Below, in pieces: positions 37,297 through 45,651 of a stretch of DNA of 48,959 bases (position 1 is its first letter; every line of letters starts with the position of its first letter). The DNA is from Clostridia bacterium (GTDB lineage: Bacteria; Bacillota; Clostridia; Oscillospirales; CAG-272): positions 1-48,959 of the forward strand of contig JAKSPY010000003.1 of NCBI GenBank assembly GCA_024404445.1. The letters run 5' to 3'. Below the pieces are notes generated by a model. The model was not told the origin of the DNA and did not search any database. It worked only from the letters and a program-made list of their open reading frames with translations. The position numbers and the translations under genes are program-made.

Positions 37297-37329
37297 ATCA
37301 CATCATAACAGCATTTTCGTGGAGGCAGT

Positions 37330-38094
37330 ATGATCATCAGTCCGTTTAACCCCGTATTTTTTGCGCTGATCGGGACGATCGCGGCAATCGTCATCGGATC
37401 ATATTTTATTTTCAGAAAGGCAAGCGAGAAAACAAAGACGATATTCATACTGTCGTTGTGCGCGTTCAATTTTATCCTGTATATAGTATATAAGGTAACG
37501 CTTCCGTTTGACGAGGAGTATGTTGCCATGTCCGATACGGCAAACCCCATATTCGACGCGTTGCCGTTGCACCTGTGCAATATCAATCTGTTTCTGATAC
37601 CGATCGCCGTACTGACAAAGAATAAATATATCGCCGGATTTTCATTTTTCGTCGCACCGTTGGCGGCGATCATGCCGATGATATTCCCGGAGCCGGAGTT
37701 CACCGGTTTTTCGCTGACGCTTATGCGTATGGCGGGGTATTATTATACGCATGCGCTGATAATCATTTGCGGGCTGTGCCTGTGTACTTTGGGATTTTTC
37801 AGGCCGACGTTCAAGGTCGTGCCGGGTACGCTGGTGACGTTTGTCTTGCTCAGCATCGCGATCCACGGCGTGAACACCCTGCTCAGACTGACGGGCATAT
37901 ATCCGGATGCGAATTACTTTTTCACGTATGACGCCGGCGGCGTTTCGGCACTTATGATATTCCGTGAGATCATCGATCTGCCGTATTTGTATGAGCTGCC
38001 TGCCATTCCGATACTCGCGGTTTATATGGTTCTGATATGCAGTATAACCGCCATCGTCGATAAGATCAAAAAAAGCAAGCAAACGTCACGCTGA
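37330..38094 (+). CDS. YwaF/TMEM164-like integral membrane protein
   Basis: LPLHLCNI, YYYTH and ANYFF motifs with several TM segments. Confidence 0.75.
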   Translation: MIISPFNPVFFALIGTIAAIVIGSYFIFRKASEKTKTIFILSLCAFNFILYIVYKVTLPFDEEYVAMSDTANPIFDALPLHLCNINLFLIPIAVLTKNKYIAGFSFFVAPLAAIMPMIFPEPEFTGFSLTLMRMAGYYYTHALIIICGLCLCTLGFFRPTFKVVPGTLVTFVLLSIAIHGVNTLLRLTGIYPDANYFFTYDAGGVSALMIFREIIDLPYLYELPAIPILAVYMVLICSITAIVDKIKKSKQTSR

Positions 38095-38116
38095 CGCGAC
38101 GTCAAAAGATCAGAAT

Positions 38117-38158
38117 AAAAATTCCGCCCCTGCGTAAAAGCAGGGGCGGAATCGTTTT
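38117..38158. terminator. Bidirectional terminator
   Basis: ATTCCGCCCCTGC/GCAGGGGCGGAAT 13-bp stem with A/T flanks. Confidence 0.8.
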
Positions 38159-38588
38159 AATGGATCTCAAGGCGTCTTGATTTCGGTGCGGTCTCGGCAA
38201 GCTTTGGCATCGTCAGTTTAAGGACACCGTCCTTCAGCTGTGCGGAAATATTATCCTCATTGATGCCGTCAAGGTTGAATCTGCGCTTGTATGAGCCGTA
38301 ATAACGCTCACATCTGACGTAGTTACCGTCATCGTCCTTTTTGTCATCAGACGTTTTTCTTTCGGCGGTGATCGTCAGTGTGCCGTTCTCGATGTCGATG
38401 CCGATATCGTCCTTTGCAAATCCGGGCAGGTCAGCCTCAAGCGTATAGTGGTCGCCTTCGTCCTTTATGTCGGCCTTGAACGCGGTAAAGCCGTCGTCGC
38501 CGAAGAACGCTCTTTCCAGCGCGTCAAAATCTCTGAAAGGGTTGAAAACGAAATTTCCTTTGCGATCATAAGGTGTAAGATTAAACAT
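38157..38588 (-). CDS. Hsp20/alpha-crystallin small heat-shock protein
   Basis: DIKDEGD, ADLPGF, ERYYGSYKRRF, AQLKDGVLKLTMPK. Confidence 0.95.
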   Translation of the reverse strand: MFNLTPYDRKGNFVFNPFRDFDALERAFFGDDGFTAFKADIKDEGDHYTLEADLPGFAKDDIGIDIENGTLTITAERKTSDDKKDDDGNYVRCERYYGSYKRRFNLDGINEDNISAQLKDGVLKLTMPKLAETAPKSRRLEIH

Positions 38589-38662
38589 AGTTAATACCTC
38601 CGATTATAATTATTATTGCCGTCAGTCGCGCGACTATACGGAAACGTGTGAAATTGTGTCAT

Positions 38663-38689
38663 TTGGCAGTCACGATGTGTGACTGTTAT
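38663..38689. promoter_or_regulatory. CIRCE-like HrcA operator (degenerate)
   Basis: TTGGCAGTC-N9-GACTGTTAT versus consensus TTAGCACTC-N9-GAGTGCTAA. Confidence 0.55.
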
Positions 38690-38764
38690 TTCCTCTTGAC
38701 ATTTCACATTATACGCCCGAATTATTAACTAAAACACCATTTTATATGAACAAACTGTAAACAA

Positions 38765-38791
38765 ATAGCAATCTACGATATAGAGTGCTAA
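38765..38791. promoter_or_regulatory. CIRCE HrcA operator
   Basis: ATAGCAATC-N9-GAGTGCTAA with a perfect right arm, upstream of hsp20. Confidence 0.8.
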
Positions 38792-38838
38792 AATTTTCGA
38801 CAAAATCCGCCGATCGCGCAGGAGCGTCTGCCGTCTGT

Positions 38839-38867
38839 TTGACAAACGCGGCGGAATATGATATAAT
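38839..38867 (+). promoter_or_regulatory. Consensus SigA promoter for the SDR gene
   Basis: TTGACA-N17-TATAAT with extended TG. Confidence 0.85.
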
Positions 38868-38897
38868 TTCGCCGGAATATTATTTCGGGGGAGCATT

Positions 38898-39674
38898 ATG
38901 AAAAAAATCGCAATCATCACCGGTGCGTCAAGCGGGATCGGCAAAGAATTCGCGTTGACAGTCACCAATCACAGACAATACGACGAAATATGGGCGATCG
39001 CGCGCGATGAAAAGAGGCTTGCCGCATTGGCAGAGCAGATCTCCGTGCCGGTGAAGCCGATATCGCTCGATCTTTCGCACGCGAAATCGTACGATAAGCT
39101 CGCGGAGCTCCTCGATGAGGAAAAGCCCGTTATTTCGACTCTCATCAACTGCGCAGGCTACGGTATATTCGATTCCGTGGCAAATACGTCGTTTGAAAAC
39201 AACGTCGGCATGATCGACCTTAACTGCCGCGCTCTGACAGCTGTGACGCTCAAATGCCTACCGTACACGGAGCAGGGCTCTGAGATAATAAATATTGCGT
39301 CTGTCGCGGCTTTTCAGCCGATACCGTATATCGACATATACGGCGCGACAAAGGCGTACGTACTCAGCTTTTCGCGCGCCCTCAACCGTGAGCTGAAGAG
39401 CCGCGGTGTGCGCATCTTTGCGGTTTGCCCGTTTTGGACAAAGACCGCATTCTTTGAGCGCGCCGTACAAAAGGACAAAAACGTCGTCGTCAAAAAGTAC
39501 GCCGCAATGTATGAACCGTCATATATTGCGTCATACGCGTGGAAAAAAATCGAAAAGACCCGCCGTGACTACTGCATTCCGGGATTTATCGCAAAAATGC
39601 AGGTCCTGCTGGTAAAGATACTGCCTCATTCGGCGATAATGAGCATCTGGCAGTCACAGCAAAAGCTCAAATAA
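38898..39674 (+). CDS. Short-chain dehydrogenase/reductase
   Basis: TGASSGIG, INCAG, NIAS, YGATK. Confidence 0.93.
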   Translation: MKKIAIITGASSGIGKEFALTVTNHRQYDEIWAIARDEKRLAALAEQISVPVKPISLDLSHAKSYDKLAELLDEEKPVISTLINCAGYGIFDSVANTSFENNVGMIDLNCRALTAVTLKCLPYTEQGSEIINIASVAAFQPIPYIDIYGATKAYVLSFSRALNRELKSRGVRIFAVCPFWTKTAFFERAVQKDKNVVVKKYAAMYEPSYIASYAWKKIEKTRRDYCIPGFIAKMQVLLVKILPHSAIMSIWQSQQKLK

Positions 39675-39690
39675 GAATGACAGCGTGGGT

Positions 39691-39833
39691 GGGACTTTGA
39701 TCGCTTGCCCCAAAAAACTGTCATTCCGAGCAAAGCGAGGAATCTGCTCCGGATTTGATCGCATGACCCGTCTGCGATCAAATATTCTATCAGATTCTTC
39801 GGCATAACAATGCCTTAGAATGACAGGGGAAGT
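39691..39833 (+). repeat. REP-like palindromic repeat dimer, copy 3 (extra half-units at about 39674 and 39991)
   Basis: CTGTCATTCCGAGCAAAGCGAGGAATCT ... AGATTCTTCGGC...GCCTTAGAATGACAG, colinear with copy 2. Confidence 0.85.
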
Positions 39834-39889
39834 TTGATCGTATGCTCCGGCTGTGATCGGAAGACGCTTTTCAATAATGTTTTCCACTC

Positions 39890-39972
39890 ACATCCGCAGA
39901 CACATCATTCGGCAAAGCCGAACATCACGCACAAAGTGCACATTGCGTTCCGCATAGGCGGAACACATCGTT
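39890..39972 (+). repeat. Array of three small hairpins separated by ACATCR-like linkers
   Basis: ACATCA-TTCGGCaaaGCCGA-ACATCA-cGCACaaaGTGC-ACATTG-cGTTCCGCatagGCGGAAC-ACATCG. Confidence 0.65.
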
Positions 39973-40019
39973 CTCCGCCGTGCGGCGTAAACGCCTCAGA
40001 ATGACAAATTGAACGACAG

Positions 40020-40073
40020 AAAACAACACACCTGTTGAAAAGAGCGGAAACTCCTTTTAACAGGTGTGTTTTT
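40020..40073. terminator. Bidirectional terminator
   Basis: AACACACCTGTTGAAAAGAG...CTCCTTTTAACAGGTGTGTT-TTT. Confidence 0.75.
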
Positions 40074-40122
40074 GTAGTCAAAGCATCATTCTGTCGGTGC
40101 GCGGAGAACGCGGCGGAATTCT

Positions 40123-42531
40123 TTATGCTTCCGGTCCGTAATATCTGATAGCCAGCAGAGTCATATCGTCAAACTGCGGTGCTTCTCCGACAAAGGCGTC
40201 TGCGTCTGCCTTTATTGCCGTGCACAGACTCTGCATATCGGTGAATGCACACGTGTTCGCGCACTTTAACAGGCGCTCCTCACCGTACAGCTCGCTGTTG
40301 GCATTCGTTGCCTCTGTGACACCGTCGGTGTATAAAACGATGATATCTCCGGGTGCCAGCTGCAACTCCTGCATTCTGTAACGTACGTCATCCATGCCCG
40401 CCAGCACAAATCCCACGCGGCTTCTCAGATACTCAAATTGGCCGTTCGCGTGGCGGATCAGCGGCGGATTATGTCCGGCGTTCGCATAGCGGATAAGTCC
40501 TGTTTTAAGGTCGAAATCTCCCTGCCATGCAGTCACGAACATTCCGGCGTCGTTGCCCTCGCACAGTGCGTGGTTGCCGTTTGTGAATACGGCGTCGATG
40601 GGCATTTCGGTTTCGGTCAGACTCTTAAGCTCGGTTTTCGCCCGCATCATGAACATGGCCGCCGGGATACCCTTGCCGGATACGTCAGCGATAAGGAAGT
40701 GCAACATATCCGATCCGGTCATATAGAAATCGTAGAAGTCGCCGCCGACCTCCTTTGCGGGATCCATCGATGCGTAAATATCGAAATCGCGGCGCTTCGG
40801 GAATGCGGGGAATACGCTCGGCAAAGCCGACGCCTGAATATTCTTTGCGAACTCCAGCTCCTTGTCTATTCTTGCCTCCGCTTCGCTGATATAGCGTTTC
40901 AGCGTATCGACGGTCATATTGATGTCATCAGACAGGGACGCGAATTCGCTGTTTGAGCGGACGTTGACGACCTCATCGAGGTTGCCGTCCGTTATCTTTG
41001 ACAGTGAGTGGTTGATGATCTCTATCTTGCGCACGACGAAATGACGTATCAGCATATAGATAAGGCCGAACATTACCGCGAATACGAGGATCTCCATGAA
41101 GACGTTTACGTACATGGCGATGTTGCGCGTCTGCATTGCTTCCTTTTCGGGCAGTACCGACACGATGCGGTATCCCTCGGCCGAACGGAAGCGCATATAA
41201 CAATCCACACCGTCAAACTGCGCGATGTACGTCGTGTCCTCGTCCGGATACTGCTTACTGCCCAGCGGCACCGTCAGTGTCTTGATTTTTGAGGATTTCG
41301 GTGCCGACAGGATCGCATTGTCCGCGTCGACGATCAGAATGTAACCCGTCTGACCTACGTGGCGGTTGGCGGTCGAGTCAACGACCTGCATTGTGACGTT
41401 CTTTTGGAATTCTTCGGCGTCATATCCGAATTGGACGAATCCGTCGCCGTATTTGATCCCGGCGTATTTTCTGTATATCGACGTGTCATATGAGATCGGA
41501 CCATAGTCCTGCACGTATTCGTTCACATTGCCCAAAAGGCACATGAACTCACGCGACTGCCTGCCGGAATTCATATCATAGCCGATGAAATCCTTAGTCG
41601 TGCTGTCGGTGATTAAACCCTTTGAGTTGACTATGCTTATCTCTGCGATCCCGTATTCTTTTGACAGCTCAGCAAGCGATTTTGAATCGATCTCGCTGAT
41701 CGCGTACCGTGCCAGATTCAACAGGTTTTCATTTGACACGTCGAGTATATCGCCGTCAACGTCATCAATCGCCAGCGACAAAAGCTGATCCATCTGCGAC
41801 ATCGCCAGCTGATTCTGAAGATTGAAAACGAACAGCGACGTTGCCAAAAACGCGCACGCGACCGTCAGCAACAGCCAACGCTGTATCGTCTGCGAGATAC
41901 GGCTCAGTCCGCGCTGTCCCTTGAACAGCTTGGCGCCCTCACCGGACAGAAGCGCGCTTGCGATCGTCGAGAAAAATACCGACAGACCGTTTGACGTGAT
42001 CATGGGTACGGAGCAGGCGGCTACGACGGACATGGCTTTTTCGGGTGTGGCCATATTGGTGATGAACACCATCGTCAGATGAAAGACCTCCATGACGACA
42101 CCGACCGCGAGCGAGATCAGCCAACCGGGTTTTTTGTTTTCAAACAGATATTTGCGGATGACGGCGGCGTAAAAGCCCGCGATTATCGTGGATACACTGC
42201 ACGCCACGCGTGTGAATGATCCGACACCCCATTCGACCGCTATCCAACGCTCGATACCGCCGATAAAGCCTGCGATGATACCGGCGGGACCACCGAATAC
42301 GAGTCCTGCCGTCAGCACCGCGGCATCACGGCAATTGACCTGAGCGCCGTTGACGGGGATACCCCATTCCGTACCGATCACGGCCAGACCGCCGAACGCG
42401 ATACCGAGTAATATCTGCTGACGCATATTACTGAGCTTACCGAATTTTGTCTTTTTTTGCAGTATATATGCTATGGCTGTCAATATGACAGGCAAAAACG
42501 CCGCTATACCGAGTTTTACATACGAATTCAT
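40123..42531 (-). CDS. Membrane sensor phosphatase: 5TM-LytS-like, extracytoplasmic (Cache-like), HAMP and SpoIIE/PP2C domains
   Basis: VNCRDAAVLTAGLVFGGPAGIIAG (5TMR_LYT); HAMP; EVGGDFYDF, ADVSGKG, NAGH, LYTDGVTEA, DDMT. Confidence 0.88.
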   Translation of the reverse strand: MNSYVKLGIAAFLPVILTAIAYILQKKTKFGKLSNMRQQILLGIAFGGLAVIGTEWGIPVNGAQVNCRDAAVLTAGLVFGGPAGIIAGFIGGIERWIAVEWGVGSFTRVACSVSTIIAGFYAAVIRKYLFENKKPGWLISLAVGVVMEVFHLTMVFITNMATPEKAMSVVAACSVPMITSNGLSVFFSTIASALLSGEGAKLFKGQRGLSRISQTIQRWLLLTVACAFLATSLFVFNLQNQLAMSQMDQLLSLAIDDVDGDILDVSNENLLNLARYAISEIDSKSLAELSKEYGIAEISIVNSKGLITDSTTKDFIGYDMNSGRQSREFMCLLGNVNEYVQDYGPISYDTSIYRKYAGIKYGDGFVQFGYDAEEFQKNVTMQVVDSTANRHVGQTGYILIVDADNAILSAPKSSKIKTLTVPLGSKQYPDEDTTYIAQFDGVDCYMRFRSAEGYRIVSVLPEKEAMQTRNIAMYVNVFMEILVFAVMFGLIYMLIRHFVVRKIEIINHSLSKITDGNLDEVVNVRSNSEFASLSDDINMTVDTLKRYISEAEARIDKELEFAKNIQASALPSVFPAFPKRRDFDIYASMDPAKEVGGDFYDFYMTGSDMLHFLIADVSGKGIPAAMFMMRAKTELKSLTETEMPIDAVFTNGNHALCEGNDAGMFVTAWQGDFDLKTGLIRYANAGHNPPLIRHANGQFEYLRSRVGFVLAGMDDVRYRMQELQLAPGDIIVLYTDGVTEATNANSELYGEERLLKCANTCAFTDMQSLCTAIKADADAFVGEAPQFDDMTLLAIRYYGPEA

Positions 42532-42573
42532 TCTGAACTCTCCCTGAAAAATATCACTCCATTATATGCCGAT

Positions 42574-42602
42574 ATTATAGCAGAACATATCGGAATTTGC
42601 AA
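42574..42602 (-). promoter_or_regulatory. SigA promoter overlapped by an inverted repeat
   Basis: Minus strand TTGCAA-N17-TATAAT; CCGATAT-N11-ATATCGG at 42569-42593. Confidence 0.6.
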
Positions 42603-42627
42603 GCATTTTTGTGTTTTTGGCAAAGAA

Positions 42628-42651
42628 AGGACCGTCCGTACGGACGGTCCT
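42628..42651 (-). terminator. Terminator after the ABC importer operon
   Basis: Perfect 24-bp palindrome AGGACCGTCCGTACGGACGGTCCT followed by TTCTTT on the minus strand. Confidence 0.7.
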
Positions 42652-42658
42652 GAGGTTT

Positions 42659-43774
42659 TTATTGCGGTGAGACGGATCCGAGTGACAGATTCTTCTCGGT
42701 TTTGCCGTCAAACATCACTATTCCGTTGCCGATGATCTCAAAATCGATCGGCATATTGAACGGATAGTCGACGCTTCCGAACGCAACGGACGTCAGCGTT
42801 TCGTTTCCGACCGACAGCTTGACCATCGTTTCCATACCGGACGGAAGCGTAGCATAGACCTTACCGTCGATCGTGCCGTTGCCCAGACGTATGAACTCCG
42901 GGCGTATGCCTATGATCACGTCGTTTTCGCCGTCGGCGAGGTCGAGTGAGCTCTGCGAGTCAAAGCGGAACAGCTTACCGAACATACTGATGATCGCGGA
43001 TTTGTCGGATGCTTTTCCTGCCACTGCCTTAACAAAGTTCATCGTGGGATTGCCGACGAAATCGGCAACGAATCTGTTGGCGGGATTATTGTATACCGTC
43101 AACGGCGGATCGTACTGCTGCAGTACGCCCGTTTGCATCAGGCAGACCTTTGTCGCCAGCGTCATGGCCTCCAGCTGATCGTGGGTGACGTATACGAACG
43201 TGGAGTCGGTGTCGGCGTGCAGACGCTTCAGCTCCGTTCTCATTTCCAGACGCAACTTGGCGTCAAGGTTGGAAAGCGGCTCATCCATGAACAGCACTTT
43301 CGGACGAGGTGCCAGCGTTCTCGCTATGGCGACGCGCTGTTGCTGACCGCCGGACAGCTCTGACGGGTATCTCTTTTCAAACTGCTCTATTTTCAGCATT
43401 TTCAGCATTTCGTCCACGCGGGTGCGGATGCTGTCCTTTTTCCATTTCAGATTTTCCAGCCCGAATGCTATGTTCTGATATACCGTCATGTGAGGCCACA
43501 GGGCATAGTTTTGAAAAAGGAAGCCGATATCGCGCTTTGCGGGGGAAATGTTTATGCCCTCCGCGGCATCGAATACCACCTGATCACCTATTGTGATACG
43601 GCCCTCTGTGGGGCTCTCCAGACCTGCGATCATACGCAGTGTCGTCGTCTTGCCACAGCCCGAAGGACCGAGCAGTGTGACGAAGTCACGGTCCTCTATG
43701 ACCATATTGAGGTCCTCGACCGCTACGAATTTATCAAATCTTTTTGTTACGTGTTCCAGCCTGATTTCCGGCAT
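42659..43774 (-). CDS. ABC importer ATPase (FbpC/MalK-like, C-terminal TOBE)
   Basis: GPSGCGKTT, FQNYALWPHM, LSGGQQQR, DEPLSNLD, VTHDQ. Confidence 0.92.
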   Translation of the reverse strand: MPEIRLEHVTKRFDKFVAVEDLNMVIEDRDFVTLLGPSGCGKTTTLRMIAGLESPTEGRITIGDQVVFDAAEGINISPAKRDIGFLFQNYALWPHMTVYQNIAFGLENLKWKKDSIRTRVDEMLKMLKIEQFEKRYPSELSGGQQQRVAIARTLAPRPKVLFMDEPLSNLDAKLRLEMRTELKRLHADTDSTFVYVTHDQLEAMTLATKVCLMQTGVLQQYDPPLTVYNNPANRFVADFVGNPTMNFVKAVAGKASDKSAIISMFGKLFRFDSQSSLDLADGENDVIIGIRPEFIRLGNGTIDGKVYATLPSGMETMVKLSVGNETLTSVAFGSVDYPFNMPIDFEIIGNGIVMFDGKTEKNLSLGSVSPQ

Positions 43775-43776
43775 AA

Positions 43777-45585
43777 TTAACCTCCTACTCCTTTATCTAT
43801 GCTGGCACCGGTCAGCTTGTTGACAATGAAGTTGACCGCCAGTACAGTTATGATGATCAACAGATTCAGTGCGTTTGCCGACTGCGTCCACCATGCCTGC
43901 CAATCCTCAAGCAATGTTGTGAGGATGACGGTCGATCCGCTGGCAAGAAGCGTGAACAGCGACAGCTCTCTCATACACGACGTGAACGGGAGCAGATAGC
44001 CGGAAATGAACGTGGAACGCTGAATCGGGAATATGACGCGCACCATGCGCTTCCACCACGGGACGTTGACGATGAGCGCCGCCTCTTCGATCTCACCGGA
44101 AAGTTGAAGCATCGCATTGATGCCGCTACGGCTGGCGAACGGCAGATATTTGATACTGCCGACCAGGGCGAGAAGGAAGAAGGTCTTACTGAGTCCCAGC
44201 GGACCGCCGATGGCGAGGAATGCCGCACCGAGTGCCATTGACGGCATCAGATAGGGCAGAAATGCGAGGTTGTCTGCGGCCTTAGCCAGGAACGTGCCTC
44301 TTCTCTTTGCGACGGAATATCCGATGAGGATACCGACCGTGCCTGCAAAAAGTGCGCAGGTGCCCGACAGAAGCAGACTGTTTTTGAACGCCGTCCAAAC
44401 CTGAGGCTCATAGAACAGACCGCGTATGCCGTTACCGGACGAGGTGGTCGTCTTTGAAATCCAGAATTCAAGCGTCAGCGTGGAATAGTCGCCGGGTATC
44501 ACGCAAAGGCTTTCCAGCGCGAAGGTGATAAGCGGAAGCACGGAGCAGAATATGCACAGCGCGATGATGATCGCCGCGGCCGCGTATTTCCAACCGCCCA
44601 TCTTGATATACGATATCTGTCCGCTTTTGCCGGTGACAGTCGTGAATGATTTTCTTTTGCCCGTCGCGTATTGGTTGATCGCGAGTATGACAAGGCCGAA
44701 TATGATCATGAAAATCGCCATGATATAGCCCTGTCCGTACCAACCGGAATTGATGAACTGCTTCATGGTCGTCGTCAGAACGGTGAAGCCCGATGATCCG
44801 CCCAGGAACTGCGGCACAGCGTACGCGCTCATACTGCTGGAGAAGACGAGCAGGAAGGTCGACAGCAACGCCGGCAGTACGATGGGCAACGTGATCTTGC
44901 GTATTATCTTTGCCCTCGACGCCTTCAGTATCGTCGCCGCTTCTTCCAGATTGGCGTCCATGTTGCGCAGTATGCCGCCGATCAGTATATAGGCGAACGG
45001 CGCATAGTGCAGTCCGAGCACGATGGCACACGGTACCAGACCGTATACAAAGCCCTCCGACACCCGGACGCCGAGCAGGTTAAATAAGAATCCGCCCGTG
45101 CCGCTGCCGATACCGGGGTTCTGAAAGAAGTTCTTCCAGAATGACGCGAGCGTCCATGACGGCATTATGTACGGGAATATGAAGACCGAGGAAATGAATT
45201 TCTTTGCCTTTATATCCGTTCTTGTGATCAGAAATGCGACCACGCCGCCGTAAATTATTGCGATAAAGCTGGCCAGAACGGACATCAGAACGGCGTTTTT
45301 CAGGGGATTCCAAAAATATACGCCGCTCATGTCGGATAACAGCATCCTGTACCAGTGGAAGAATGTGAACTGTCCTACCTTCAGTCCGCGCAGCTCCTTG
45401 AACATTACCTCGGCGATATGCACCTTGGTCGTATCCAGAACGAGCAGTACCAGCGGATAAATGGTGAAGAAGCCGAGCAGGACGACGGAAACAGTCAGAA
45501 TTATGTTGGCAGGCTGTGTAAAAAACGCCTTTATGCTGTTCATAACGCGTCTTTTGCCGCTGACTGCCGTAAAGTTTTCAGTCAT
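43777..45585 (-). CDS. ABC importer permease with two fused domains (FbpB/AfuB-like)
   Basis: Two EAA loops (LEEAATILKA, IEEAALIVNV) and about 12 TM segments. Confidence 0.88.
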   Translation of the reverse strand: MTENFTAVSGKRRVMNSIKAFFTQPANIILTVSVVLLGFFTIYPLVLLVLDTTKVHIAEVMFKELRGLKVGQFTFFHWYRMLLSDMSGVYFWNPLKNAVLMSVLASFIAIIYGGVVAFLITRTDIKAKKFISSVFIFPYIMPSWTLASFWKNFFQNPGIGSGTGGFLFNLLGVRVSEGFVYGLVPCAIVLGLHYAPFAYILIGGILRNMDANLEEAATILKASRAKIIRKITLPIVLPALLSTFLLVFSSSMSAYAVPQFLGGSSGFTVLTTTMKQFINSGWYGQGYIMAIFMIIFGLVILAINQYATGKRKSFTTVTGKSGQISYIKMGGWKYAAAAIIIALCIFCSVLPLITFALESLCVIPGDYSTLTLEFWISKTTTSSGNGIRGLFYEPQVWTAFKNSLLLSGTCALFAGTVGILIGYSVAKRRGTFLAKAADNLAFLPYLMPSMALGAAFLAIGGPLGLSKTFFLLALVGSIKYLPFASRSGINAMLQLSGEIEEAALIVNVPWWKRMVRVIFPIQRSTFISGYLLPFTSCMRELSLFTLLASGSTVILTTLLEDWQAWWTQSANALNLLIIITVLAVNFIVNKLTGASIDKGVGG

Positions 45586-45606
45586 AGTCGCTCCTTAATA
45601 ACCAAA

Positions 45607-45634
45607 TGTAGGGATGACAAAGCATCCCTACATT
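45607..45634 (-). other. Intercistronic stem-loop after the binding-protein gene
   Basis: ATGTAGGGATG/CATCCCTACAT stem without a U-tract, consistent with an mRNA-stabilising hairpin. Confidence 0.5.
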
Positions 45635-45651
45635 CATCATGTTGTGGTTTA

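Noticed and set aside
39890-39972. Possible mini-CRISPR
   Set aside because: The repeated word is only 5-6 nt, the spacers are self-complementary and under 25 nt, and there are no cas genes
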